NCBI GenBank assembly: GCA_046543095.1
Contig: JBKHAC010000001.1
Coordinates: forward strand, 56,858-120,857
Direction of reading: 5' to 3'
Length of the DNA: 64,000 bases
From: Candidatus Woesearchaeota archaeon
Lineage (GTDB): Archaea > Nanobdellota > Nanobdellia > Woesearchaeales > 21-14-0-10-32-9
This document shows positions 44,609 through 54,238 of the stretch, one piece after another. The translations under genes were made by a program, and so were the position numbers. Numbering within the stretch: position 1 is the first letter of the stretch; the number at the start of each line of letters is the position of its first letter. The notes below the pieces were generated by a model. The model was given only the letters and a program-made list of their open reading frames with translations, did no database searches and was not told the origin of the DNA.

Positions 44609-45970
44609 TCACGTTTTTTTCTCTGATGCCCACATAACTATTAAAAAATATATAGGTACAACAAATATTATAAGTCCAAAGCCCATGAGTTTAAATAAAT
44701 ATTCAAGTCCTCTTGTTTGTGCAATAAATGCACTTGTTATCACAATTAAAATAAAAGGTATTAAGCTTAAAAATCCTGCTGATGAATAAAAGTTTTGTCT
44801 ATCTTCAAGCGATAATACTTTTGATGCCAATATTCCTTGTGCTGAACCTATTAATGCTGCGCCTAGCACAGATAATATGTTTGCTGCAACTATTGCTGGG
44901 TAAAAATATGTGTTATATACTATTGTTAAAGGTAGTGTTGCCATGAGGCATGTTCCAAATACAAACATAGGTACCACGCCTACTGTTTTGTTTATTTTTG
45001 ATGTTATAATAGGACCTATTAGTGCTACGATTAATGCTAATGAGTACATCACAGCTATGTTCATAAAACCTCCTAGCCACTCATTTTTTAAATGTTGAAA
45101 TACATATATTCCAACATATGAATTTATTATTGATTGGAATACTGATATAAATAGCATTCCGAGTGTTAGCACTAATAAATATTTATTTTTAAAAAAAGAT
45201 TTTGATTTTTCTAGTAATTTGTTATAATATGCTGAGTAATCTATTGCTCTGATTACTGATTCTTGGTTTATTTTTACTTTTGAGAATATATATGATGAGA
45301 ATATGAATGCAAAAGCAGTTATTTCGAAAGTTAGAAGATATCCGTATAACTTTTGTGTTATTGTATCTCCTATAAGTTTTATTGTTATTGCTCCGCCATT
45401 TAGTAGTGTTAAATCTAGTATGCCTGCTGCGAGAAGCATAGATGCTGAAATTAAAATTAGTCCTTTGAGTGTTGATGAGGAAGATAATCTTTTTATTTTT
45501 CCTTTTTTTGAGTATTTGTTTAGGAAATTATTGAATAATTCTCCGTATGCAGCAACACCTACACTGCCTATTAGAAGACTTATTGCGAAAAGCATCGGAT
45601 TTTTTATTGTGACTGCGAGCGCAAGTAAGAGGAAGCTAAATCCAAATATTAAGCCTGCAATACTTATTATTCTTTTCGATATTTCTCTTTTTTCAGTTAT
45701 TTCTTTTATGAATGTTGATATAAATGTGTTAAAAACTGATTTTAATCCATTTATTATTCCTATAAGTAGTAGTGATGCGCCAGTAAATGAGAATAATATG
45801 TTTATAAATTGTGTTGATGAGAAGCCATAGCCTAGTTTGTCTAAGTAATATTTTTTTTTGAGGAGTTTTTCATTTTTTATATCTACTTCTCTCTCCTCAT
45901 CTCTCCCCTCTTTTTCCATTCTTAATATAATTTGATATTGATTTTTATACTTTTTTGTATACGTAATCAT
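44609..45970 (-). CDS. polytopic transporter, MFS-like
   Basis: 453 aa, about 12 hydrophobic helices in two halves separated by a basic loop ('KYSKKGKIKRL'). The family call is from topology only. Confidence 0.5.
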   Translation of the reverse strand: MITYTKKYKNQYQIILRMEKEGRDEEREVDIKNEKLLKKKYYLDKLGYGFSSTQFINILFSFTGASLLLIGIINGLKSVFNTFISTFIKEITEKREISKRIISIAGLIFGFSFLLLALAVTIKNPMLFAISLLIGSVGVAAYGELFNNFLNKYSKKGKIKRLSSSSTLKGLILISASMLLAAGILDLTLLNGGAITIKLIGDTITQKLYGYLLTFEITAFAFIFSSYIFSKVKINQESVIRAIDYSAYYNKLLEKSKSFFKNKYLLVLTLGMLFISVFQSIINSYVGIYVFQHLKNEWLGGFMNIAVMYSLALIVALIGPIITSKINKTVGVVPMFVFGTCLMATLPLTIVYNTYFYPAIVAANILSVLGAALIGSAQGILASKVLSLEDRQNFYSSAGFLSLIPFILIVITSAFIAQTRGLEYLFKLMGFGLIIFVVPIYFLIVMWASEKKT

Positions 45971-46059
45971 TTATATATTTATTGAAAATTTTTTTATATG
46001 ACTACTTCTTAATGGTTTGTTTATTTTTTTTTATTTGTGAAGTACTTGCGTGGTTAAAT

Positions 46060-46659
46060 TTATGGCGCGTTTGCTTGGTCGTAAAAATATTCAGGCATTG
46101 CTTCTGGCGTTTTTAAATTTAAGTATTGTTTTATTACATCATGTAATTTGTATGTTTTTATCCATAAATCTGTTTTTAGATATTCTACTTGGTCTTTGTA
46201 TATGTATATTAAAAAATATCTGTATAAGTATTTCATTATTGGGTGGTTTCTCCAAAGTTTATTATAGTCTATCATGAGATATGTACTGCATCGCATTATG
46301 ACATCGCCCACATTTGATTTTAGTTTTTTTCCTTTATAAGTAGTTTCTTTTTTTCCCATGTTTAGTGTTTGAAAATCAAATTTTAGATAATATTTGAAAT
46401 ATTTGCTTCCGTTGGGCACGTGGTGTGTTCGCCACCATATATGGTGTTCTTTATTTCCATTCCCTAAGATTTTTTCTAAATATAATGTTTCTATATTGTC
46501 GTCGTTTGAGTCCACTGATACAAATTTATGAGTGATTAGCCAATTGTGGACGAGTTTATATAAATTTTTTAAGTGTAATACGTCTTCATGTTCTACTTCG
46601 AAGTTTGCCATTTCAAGAACGTGTTCTTCATCTTTTGGGTTAAAATTTAAATCAGGCAT
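46060..46659 (-). CDS. hypothetical protein
   Basis: 199-aa ORF rich in His/Trp/Tyr. No motif recognised. Confidence 0.45.
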   Translation of the reverse strand: MPDLNFNPKDEEHVLEMANFEVEHEDVLHLKNLYKLVHNWLITHKFVSVDSNDDNIETLYLEKILGNGNKEHHIWWRTHHVPNGSKYFKYYLKFDFQTLNMGKKETTYKGKKLKSNVGDVIMRCSTYLMIDYNKLWRNHPIMKYLYRYFLIYIYKDQVEYLKTDLWIKTYKLHDVIKQYLNLKTPEAMPEYFYDQANAP

Positions 46660-46879
46660 TTTTTTTATTGAATATCTTATTTTTATAAATCTTTCTGATT
46701 GTTAATATTGGTACTCGGTATTCTTGGCTAAGATAGTGTATAATACAAGAATATTTTTTGTAGTGTAAAAAGGAGTGCTTCAATTTTCAGTTTTTAATTC
46801 CTTGTTTATTGTTTTTATATTTGTGAAACTGAGACTTATTTAAGTGGTGTTGACGCTTTATGCTGCAGACTAGTTTTTC

Positions 46880-47044
46880 GGCCTCATAGAAATACTTTTA
46901 GAATCAATAAAATCTTAATTATGCTGTGCTCCGTTTTCATGTTATTTAGACATTTGAACCGAGTCTCACACATCACACGGGTTTAATCTAGAACTACGCG
47001 AGATAGCACCATTATTAAAATTTTAGTAGGATTTCTATGAAGCC
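46880..47044 (+). mobile_element. MITE family A, copy 3 (165 bp)
   Basis: GGCCTCATAGAAATAC...GGATTTCTATGAAGCC. Perfect 8-bp target-site duplication AGTTTTTC. Confidence 0.85.
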
Positions 47045-47091
47045 AGTTTTTCGTAAGGTTTAAATATATCGACAATAATAATTTATTTGTA

Positions 47092-48558
47092 TTGATTAGT
47101 AGAGGTGCATTTTTGGTTTATACTTTAAGTTATTCAAATATTCATGAGAGTGATAAAGATCTTGTTGGCGCAAGGGCTCTTTGTTTGAGTTTTGCTCGTA
47201 ATAATAATATAAATACAGGTTTGTTTTTTGTTTTAACTAGTTCTGCTTTCAAATTTTTTTTTGAACATAATAATATTCAGGAACAATTAATTAAATTAAA
47301 AGATGTTAAAGAAGAAGATTTTTGGGTTGAATTAAAAAAAGTAGTTTCGCAAGGTGAGTTTCCTGATGATGTTCTTCGAGATATTCGTGAGTCTTATAAT
47401 GCGTTAAGTGTGTCGGATAATGCTGCAAATAATATTTTAAGGTCTTTTGATGCAAGAGTTAATATGTTTATCAGTAGTGAGAAAGATTTTAGTTTAGAAG
47501 GTGTTTTTTTAAACTTTAAAGGTTTTGATAATATTTTAAGAGGTATTAAAAGTTGTTGGTTTTCTTTTCTAAAACGTCAAAGTAAATCTAGTTTGTTAAA
47601 TAATAACTTTAATTTTTGTGGTGTTGTAATTGAGAAATTTATATCTTCTGAGTTTTCTGTTGAGGTGGAGCTTGCGCGTTCTAATTTGAATTTGTTTGTA
47701 TATAAGGGTTTGCCAGATATTTCATTCGATATTTGTAAAGATTCGTATAATTTGTCTTTGAATCATTTGGAGTTTTTAGGTTATGAATTAGTAAATCAAA
47801 ATTTTAGTATTATTCATCAGGAGGATTCAGGTGTTCTTTTGAAAAAGAGATTGGGTAGAGCAGGTTCTGATAATAAAGCATCTAAGCAAGTTATATCTGA
47901 GTGTGCTAGGTTTGCTAAGAAGTTTTTTTTAAATTTTGATGAATCGGTTAGGCTTGTTTTTTTGGTTAAAAGAGATGTTCCTTTTTTGTCCATAGTTGAT
48001 TTTTTAAATAAACCTCCTGAAGAATTTGACTCGTTGAAACGTAGTTTAGAATCTTTGAATTCGTCTCTGAGTGCTGAGAGTGAATTTAAAAATGAAGATT
48101 TTTCTGAGACTGTTGATTTGCCTCCCGTTGTTGATTCTGATTTGCTTTTTAATAAGCCTGACAATATTTCTTCAAATATTAATTTAGTTGAAGAAACTCG
48201 TGTTGGTGAAATTGAAGATAAGGCTAATAATGAGTTTGATGATTCTGATGAGTTTATCATTCAAGGTGAGTCACAAATTAAAACTGATTCGCCTGATTAT
48301 TTGTCTTCTTTTTTTAAGTTAATTGAATTGCTTGAAGAGGATATTACTAAAGCGTATGTTGAATCTTTTGGTTTTTCTCCTTCTAGTTTTGAAGATGCTG
48401 TTTTTGAACTTGATTCAAAGCATAGTTTTAGTTTTAGAGATGAAGTTTTAGAAATACTAAAAGTTAAATCTAGCATTATGCAAGGGGAAGAGATTTCTGA
48501 GGTTAGAATTGGTGCTTTGTGTAAAACTGTTGAGGAGTTTTTAAGGAGGGACGGTTAA
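47092..48558 (+). CDS. degenerate PEP-utilising-enzyme N-terminal (PPDK_N / ATP-grasp-like) domain protein with acidic Ser-rich tail
   Basis: 488 aa. 'DKDLVGARALCLSFARNNNINTGLFFVLTSSAFKFF' and 'FLNFKGFDNILRGIKSCWFSFLKRQS' follow the PpsA/PPDK N-domain pattern ('vGGKnAsLGE...vPnGF..T..af', 'LNv.G...v..aik.CwASlf..RA'), but the conserved G-G-K and R-S-S-A residues are replaced. TTG is the only start available. Confidence 0.5.
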   Translation: MISRGAFLVYTLSYSNIHESDKDLVGARALCLSFARNNNINTGLFFVLTSSAFKFFFEHNNIQEQLIKLKDVKEEDFWVELKKVVSQGEFPDDVLRDIRESYNALSVSDNAANNILRSFDARVNMFISSEKDFSLEGVFLNFKGFDNILRGIKSCWFSFLKRQSKSSLLNNNFNFCGVVIEKFISSEFSVEVELARSNLNLFVYKGLPDISFDICKDSYNLSLNHLEFLGYELVNQNFSIIHQEDSGVLLKKRLGRAGSDNKASKQVISECARFAKKFFLNFDESVRLVFLVKRDVPFLSIVDFLNKPPEEFDSLKRSLESLNSSLSAESEFKNEDFSETVDLPPVVDSDLLFNKPDNISSNINLVEETRVGEIEDKANNEFDDSDEFIIQGESQIKTDSPDYLSSFFKLIELLEEDITKAYVESFGFSPSSFEDAVFELDSKHSFSFRDEVLEILKVKSSIMQGEEISEVRIGALCKTVEEFLRRDG

Positions 48559-49070
48559 TGATGAAGTTTTTGCGCGAATTATTTAAAAGAGATCCTGAAC
48601 TTTATTCTGTTGAACGTAATAGTATTCAGTTAAATAAAGATATTTTTAATATTATTGTTAAGACTGAAAAAATTCTTGATGATTTGAAAAGTTATTTATC
48701 TAAAGGAAATATTTCTTTAAAAGAGGCGAAGATGGCTGAGTTCGAGAATTCTTTGCTTAATATGAAATCTAAAGTTGATGCTTTGCGTCTTGATGTTCAG
48801 CATATTTTAGATATTGAGTTAAAGCATAAAGATTATATTTTGCTCAATGATGATTTCTATTTGAAAGATAAGTTGTATAGAATTGATGCGATGAGTAGGG
48901 TTCTTGAGGAGTTGCTTGATTTGATTAGTGAAAAGCCTGCAATAAATGAACTTAAAGAAATGCTTAATTATATTTATTCCCGTATGAATATTTTGGTTGA
49001 TTCTGTTAATAACATCACTAGTGATGATAAACGTCTTGAAGAAGTTTATTCTAGGCTTCGTGATCTTTAG
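48558..49070 (+). CDS. coiled-coil protein, translationally coupled to the gene at 47092-48558
   Basis: 170 aa. TAATG overlap with the upstream gene. Helical Leu/Lys/Asp-rich sequence. TAG stop. Confidence 0.45.
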   Translation: MMKFLRELFKRDPELYSVERNSIQLNKDIFNIIVKTEKILDDLKSYLSKGNISLKEAKMAEFENSLLNMKSKVDALRLDVQHILDIELKHKDYILLNDDFYLKDKLYRIDAMSRVLEELLDLISEKPAINELKEMLNYIYSRMNILVDSVNNITSDDKRLEEVYSRLRDL

Positions 49071-50265
49071 TGTTTTGTTTTATTGTTGAGTCCGCGTCTT
49101 GTTTTATTCTTTTTTCGTAGTCTGTTTGTTTTTCTGCTTCGTTTTTTTCTTGTGAGAATGTATTTATTAGTTCGATAATTGTTTTTGTTTCGTCTTTGAA
49201 ATTGTTGGGTGTTTGGTTTTCGTATTCTTTTATTATGTCTTCTTCTGTTGTTTGATTGTCTTCTTGTTCATTGAATACATCTGGGCTTTGTAGTTTGGTT
49301 GTGCTTTTCATAACATAATATGCGCCTTTTGATTGTAATGTTTTTATTATGTTTGCAAAGTCTATTTCTTGTGGTTTTCCTACTTTTAAGTTGCCTGTTA
49401 TTCTTATAAGGACTATTTTATTTTTTACATCTTGAAATGCAAATCTTTGTTCTATTTGATTCGTAATTTCTTGAGGATTTGAATCTTTTACGTTTATTTC
49501 TTCTTGGAGAACTTTTTTTGTATTTACTTCTTTTTTTAATATATTTCCATTATCATAATAGTAAAATGATCCTGTTTGTAGTTTTTCTAATTCGTGGAAA
49601 TTTGCTGGAAAGAGTGGACCTGGATAGATTAAGTTTTCATATCCTTGAATTGTTTTTTTCTCAGTTATGTGTATGTGTCCGCCGGCGTAATAGTTGAATT
49701 CTTTTGGCATTAAATTAGCAGGGTACGATGCCATTTGTTCTAAGTATTTTGGTTTTAATTCATCTATTGCTGTGTGGAATAAAAATATTTTAAATCCTTC
49801 TTCTCGCTCTAGTTCTTCTTTGTTTAAGTCTTCGTATGTGTGTTTATCAAGCATTCCTCGAAGGCCGTTTATGCCGACTAGTTTCGCGCCTGTTTTTTTA
49901 TCTTCTGTAAATTTTAACCTTAGTTTTTTATTTTGTATCTGTCCGCGCATAACATTTATTCCAAGTCCTGCTTCCTCTATTACATCTAGCATGGTTTTGC
50001 CTGAGGGGGAGTAGTCGTGGCTTCCTGCAATAAAATATACTGGTATATTTTCATTTTTTAATCTTTTTAGTTGTTTTACTACTTCTTTTACATGTTCTAT
50101 TGCTGGTAGTGCTGTGTTAAATAGGTCTCCTGCGATTATATAAAAATCAGCATTACTATCTATTGTGAAATTTATAGATTCTGTTAATGCGTCTATGCTC
50201 AAAGTTTTTAGTTTTTCATCTCTAAAGCTTCCTATGTGCGCATCAGCTACGTGTACGAATTTCAT
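49051..50265 (-). CDS. Mre11/SbcD-family metallophosphoesterase
   Basis: 404 aa. Motifs 'FVHVADAHIG', 'IIAGDLFN', 'FIAGSHD', 'LFHTAI' and 'GGHIH'. No Rad50-like neighbour. Confidence 0.8.
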   Translation of the reverse strand: MKFVHVADAHIGSFRDEKLKTLSIDALTESINFTIDSNADFYIIAGDLFNTALPAIEHVKEVVKQLKRLKNENIPVYFIAGSHDYSPSGKTMLDVIEEAGLGINVMRGQIQNKKLRLKFTEDKKTGAKLVGINGLRGMLDKHTYEDLNKEELEREEGFKIFLFHTAIDELKPKYLEQMASYPANLMPKEFNYYAGGHIHITEKKTIQGYENLIYPGPLFPANFHELEKLQTGSFYYYDNGNILKKEVNTKKVLQEEINVKDSNPQEITNQIEQRFAFQDVKNKIVLIRITGNLKVGKPQEIDFANIIKTLQSKGAYYVMKSTTKLQSPDVFNEQEDNQTTEEDIIKEYENQTPNNFKDETKTIIELINTFSQEKNEAEKQTDYEKRIKQDADSTIKQNTKDHEA

Positions 50266-50309
50266 ATTATTTGGTAATCTTATTTTTTTTATATATCTTG
50301 TTAAATTAT

Positions 50310-50454
50310 GGTCTTGACCAGAATGTATGTATTTTGCATACTGCTGAGTAAACCACTCAAATTAAACAGGGGATTTGATAGACTCGGTTCAGCATATAAT
50401 TCAGTTTCGATTGGTTTGCGCAATATACATATTTGTATTATTCTGGAAAAGACC
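50310..50454. mobile_element. MITE-like element, family B (145 bp)
   Basis: Ends are GGTCTTGACCAGAAT and ATTCTGGAAAAGACC (13 of 15 complementary). Flanked by a perfect 8-bp direct repeat TAAATTAT (50302-50309 and 50455-50462). No ORF. Single copy in the window. Confidence 0.6.
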
Positions 50455-50488
50455 TAAATTATATATGGAACTATTTAATTTAGCATCA

Positions 50489-51235
50489 TTATTGACTTTG
50501 AGAATTAATTTCTAAGAATAAGTTATTTACTTTTTCTTTGGCCCATCCAACTTTTAATAAGTTTTGTTTTATCATATCATCAGTGTACTTGTGTTCTTTC
50601 ATTTTTTTTATATACTCTATTGCTTTCAGTTCAGCATCTGGTCGATTAGTAATTGTTTTATTAATTAGAGCGGGTTTTTGAGTTTTTGTGTGTTTTATTT
50701 TATTATATGATACTACTAAAGTAATTAGTATTGTGATCATTAAAATTAAGACACCTAAGAATATGCTTTGATTTTCTTTAATGAATGATTTTTGTTGTAT
50801 ATTTGAAGGTGATTCATTACGTGTTTCTTCTAGTGTTTGTTGATTTAAATCTAATAATTGGTTATTGTTTTGAGTGTTGAGAGTTTCATCATTTTCCTGT
50901 TCGTCATTTTTTTTATTATCTGCGTCGGCATTATTTTGTTTATCAGTTTCATGCTCTGATGTATTTTCTTGATTCTCTTCTGAATTTGTTTGTTGTGTTA
51001 TTGGTTTTGAAGATGAAGGCCTTGAAGGAGCTATAGGATTATTCTGAGGCTCATCAGTATCTTCAATCTCATCTTCTTGATTTTCTTCGTCTCCCTCATC
51101 ATTAAAATCTTCCCAGATTGTTCCTTCAGGATTGTTCTCAGGCACATTAGGAGGAGGAGGGGGTGTGGCTTGAACTAGAACTGAAACGAGTAATATCAAT
51201 AATAAACTAGTAAAAATAAGCGATTTTTTTTTCAA
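50489..51235 (-). CDS. membrane protein with Pro-rich/acidic low-complexity ectodomain and a C-terminal 'L-x3-GW' motif
   Basis: 248 aa. TTG start with AGGTG upstream. Signal 'LIFTSLLLILLVSVLVQA', then 'TPPPPPNVPE' and D/E/N/Q-rich sequence. Second TM 'IFLGVLILMITILITLVV'. C-terminal 'MIKQNLLKVGWAKEKVNNLF'. Confidence 0.5.
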   Translation of the reverse strand: MKKKSLIFTSLLLILLVSVLVQATPPPPPNVPENNPEGTIWEDFNDEGDEENQEDEIEDTDEPQNNPIAPSRPSSSKPITQQTNSEENQENTSEHETDKQNNADADNKKNDEQENDETLNTQNNNQLLDLNQQTLEETRNESPSNIQQKSFIKENQSIFLGVLILMITILITLVVSYNKIKHTKTQKPALINKTITNRPDAELKAIEYIKKMKEHKYTDDMIKQNLLKVGWAKEKVNNLFLEINSQSQ

Positions 51236-51425
51236 TCATAACACCTTGTGTAAACTCAATATTATTTATTTAATAAAATTATTATTATTTAAATATTTCG
51301 TTAAATAATTCTCTATAACTGCGTTGTTCAATTAATTTAAGTTAATGTATTAATAAGGCATTAAGAATGTTAAACTATATTAATTTGTTTTATGAATAAT
51401 AATTAAAATTAATAAAAAAAAAGGT

Positions 51426-52718
51426 TTATGGTGTCCAGCGGAGCATTGTTCTTGGGAAAGGTATTGCGTCTTTTATGTTTTCAAGTCCGCATATCCAGGC
51501 TATTACGCGTTCTGTTCCAACTCCGTATCCTGAGTGCGGGATGCTTCCGTATTTTCTTGTATCAAAGTACCATTCGTAGTTCTTGGTGTCTTCGCCGTCT
51601 TTTGCAAGTCGAGCATTCATATCATCTATATCTAGGCTTCTCTCGCTTCCGCCGACTATTTCTGTTCCAGCAGGCGATAGCATGTCAAAGCATAGTGCTT
51701 CATCTGGGTAGTTTGGGTCGCGTGGTTTGTAGAATGCCATAGCCTCAACTGGGTAGTGTGTGACTACGACTGGTGTGTCGTAGTGCATCATTAGCGCTCG
51801 CTCTTCCTCTGTTCTGAGATCTTTTCCAAAGTCTACGTTTATATTATCTTTTTCTTTTATTGTTTTTAATGCTTCTCTGTATTTTATGGTCGGCCATTCT
51901 TTTTCTGTCATCGCGATTAGTGCATCAGGGTCTTGTTCTAGTAATTTGAATTCGTCTCTGCATCTTTCTGCTGTTTGTTTTATGCAGTATTTGAGTTCTT
52001 GTTTTGCAAATTCTGATGCATCTTCGAGTTTGAACCATGCAGCTTCCATTTCAGCCATCCAGAATTCTGATAGGTGTCTTGATGTTTTGCTTTTTTCTGC
52101 TCTAAATGTTGGTCCGAAGTTGTATATTTTTTCAAGTGAGAATATTCCTGCCTCGGCGTATAGTTGCCATGTTTGTGCGAGGTATGTTGTTTTGTCGTAG
52201 AATTTTACTTCAAATAGTGTGCTTCCTCCTTCGCATTGGCTTGGTTGCAAGATGGGTGTGTCGAATCTGTAGAATTCTTTTTTTCGGAAAAATTCGTCTC
52301 TTGCTTGTATGTATGCGCTTCTTATTTTGAGTATTGCTGTTTGTTTTTGCGTTCGAATTGATAGGTGTCTTATTTCTGCGAGGAATTCGGGGCTTTGATC
52401 TTTTGTTATGGGGAACGTATCACTCGCACCTATGATGTCAAAGTTTTTTACTGTGATTTCGTATCCTGTTGGTGCTCGTTCGTCTTTTTTTATTGTTCCT
52501 GTAATTTCTATTGATGTTTCTATTTGTATTTTTTTGGCTTCTTCAAATTTTTCATCACCTATTGATTCTCGCTCAATTACGCATTGTATTCTAGCACTTG
52601 AGTCTCGTATCACGAGGAATTTTAGTTTGTTTGAACCTCTTTCGCGGTGCACCCATCCTCTTATTTTGACGTCTCCTTCGCTTTGTGTCATTGCATCTTT
52701 TATTGTTAAGTATTTCAT
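51426..52718 (-). CDS. asnS: asparaginyl-tRNA synthetase
   Basis: 430 aa, class IIb. 'FRAEKSKTSRHLSEFWMAEME' (motif 2), 'YEWYFDTRKYGSIPHSGYGVGTER' (the AsnRS-type WY.D.R.YG..PH pattern), and 'PFPR'. Confidence 0.88.
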   Translation of the reverse strand: MKYLTIKDAMTQSEGDVKIRGWVHRERGSNKLKFLVIRDSSARIQCVIERESIGDEKFEEAKKIQIETSIEITGTIKKDERAPTGYEITVKNFDIIGASDTFPITKDQSPEFLAEIRHLSIRTQKQTAILKIRSAYIQARDEFFRKKEFYRFDTPILQPSQCEGGSTLFEVKFYDKTTYLAQTWQLYAEAGIFSLEKIYNFGPTFRAEKSKTSRHLSEFWMAEMEAAWFKLEDASEFAKQELKYCIKQTAERCRDEFKLLEQDPDALIAMTEKEWPTIKYREALKTIKEKDNINVDFGKDLRTEEERALMMHYDTPVVVTHYPVEAMAFYKPRDPNYPDEALCFDMLSPAGTEIVGGSERSLDIDDMNARLAKDGEDTKNYEWYFDTRKYGSIPHSGYGVGTERVIAWICGLENIKDAIPFPRTMLRWTP

Positions 52719-52951
52719 TTTATTTATCCTCCGAGTTTATTATTTATTAGTTTATTTTTTTGTTTTTAAAATGTTAAACTGAATGGTTTTTTTAGTTTTT
52801 AAAAATTGTTATTAGAATTATTATTTATATTATTTGAAAATTCAAGAGTTTTACAACTAATCTTTGCTAAGGTTCTTTGTGTCGTTGTTTTTTTTATCAT
52901 ATTTTTTGAAAGTATATTATATTTATAAAGTTTTAGCTATTTCCTCAAAAG

Positions 52952-54103
52952 ATGAGTTTTGAAATTAAATATAGCGAGGGTGATGCCCGCGTAGGGTTGT
53001 TTAAGACGAAATCAGGCGTAGTTGAAACTCCTTTTTTTATGCCTGTTGTAACTAAGGCTACTGGTAAGCACATCACGACTGATGATTATTCTAATCTCGG
53101 AGAAGACTTGAGTGCGAGGGCTATGATTTGTAATAGTTTGATTCTCTCTTTACGTCCTGGTATTGATATCATCAGCAAGGCTGGTGGTATTCATAAGTTT
53201 ATGAATTATAAGGGCGTGGTGTTCACTGATTGTGGTGGTTTTCAGTCTAGTAGTTCTTTTTTTGAGCGTAAGAGCAAGAAGGGGTTGCATTTTCGTAGTC
53301 CTTATGATAATAAGCGCGTGATTTTAACTCCTGAGACTATCATGAATATTCAGTGGTTAATTGATAGTGATGTCGCTATGATGCTTGATGATATGAGTGG
53401 TTTTGGTGTGTCTTTTGAGGAGGCTGAGCTCGCGATGGAGAACACTCACCTGTGGGGTATAGCGAGTCTTGAGTATCATAAAAAATTAAGATCTGAGCAT
53501 AATAAAGGAGATGATAATCGTCAGTTCTTATTTGGTATTGTGCAAGGTAATTTTTATCCTGATCTCAGACGCAAAAGCGCTGAGTTTTTGAGTAGGTTTG
53601 ATTTTGATGGTTTTGCTATTGGTGGCGTAGCTATTGGTGAGCCTAAGGAGGATATGTATTTGGCAGTTGATAGTAGTTTGCCTTATCTTAGCAAGGATAA
53701 GATTAAGTACGTGATGGGTCTTGGTAGTCCTGTTGATCTTTTAGAAATGATTGGTCGAGGCATTGATTGTTTTGATAGTATTTACCCAACTCAGAACGCG
53801 CGTCATTCATCTATTTTCACGTGGAGCGGTAAAATATATATTGATAAAGGACGTTACGCTGAGGATTTCACGCCGATCGAGGAAGGTTGCAAGTGTCATA
53901 CTTGCATGACGTACACAAATGCGTATTTGCATCATTTAACAAAGATAGGTGAACCTTCAGCGCACAGGCTTAAGAGTATTCATAACCAGTACTTCTTGCA
54001 AGAACTCATGCAGAGAGCAAAAGAAAAAATTAAAGAAAAAAAGTTCTATGAATTCAAAGATGAATTCATAAAAAATTGGTTAAGACAAATCAAACAAGTT
54101 TGA
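52952..54103 (+). CDS. tgtA: tRNA-guanine transglycosylase, catalytic domain only (archaeosine TgtA type)
   Basis: 383 aa. 'GDARVGLFKTKSGVVETPFFMPV', 'FTDCGGFQ', 'GFAIGG', and zinc site 'CKCHTC...H'. Lacks the roughly 200-aa C-terminal C2/PUA extension of full-length ArcTGT. Confidence 0.88.
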   Translation: MSFEIKYSEGDARVGLFKTKSGVVETPFFMPVVTKATGKHITTDDYSNLGEDLSARAMICNSLILSLRPGIDIISKAGGIHKFMNYKGVVFTDCGGFQSSSSFFERKSKKGLHFRSPYDNKRVILTPETIMNIQWLIDSDVAMMLDDMSGFGVSFEEAELAMENTHLWGIASLEYHKKLRSEHNKGDDNRQFLFGIVQGNFYPDLRRKSAEFLSRFDFDGFAIGGVAIGEPKEDMYLAVDSSLPYLSKDKIKYVMGLGSPVDLLEMIGRGIDCFDSIYPTQNARHSSIFTWSGKIYIDKGRYAEDFTPIEEGCKCHTCMTYTNAYLHHLTKIGEPSAHRLKSIHNQYFLQELMQRAKEKIKEKKFYEFKDEFIKNWLRQIKQV

Positions 54104-54238
54104 TTAAATTTTTTAAATAGTTGTTTGATTTTTGTGCGCCATATATAGAACCGAACGACAGTCCTACTAGGTTTTAAAACTGTGTTTTAAAACAGGCACT
54201 ATCGCAAATATAATATATATAGCAAAAAAATAAAAAAA

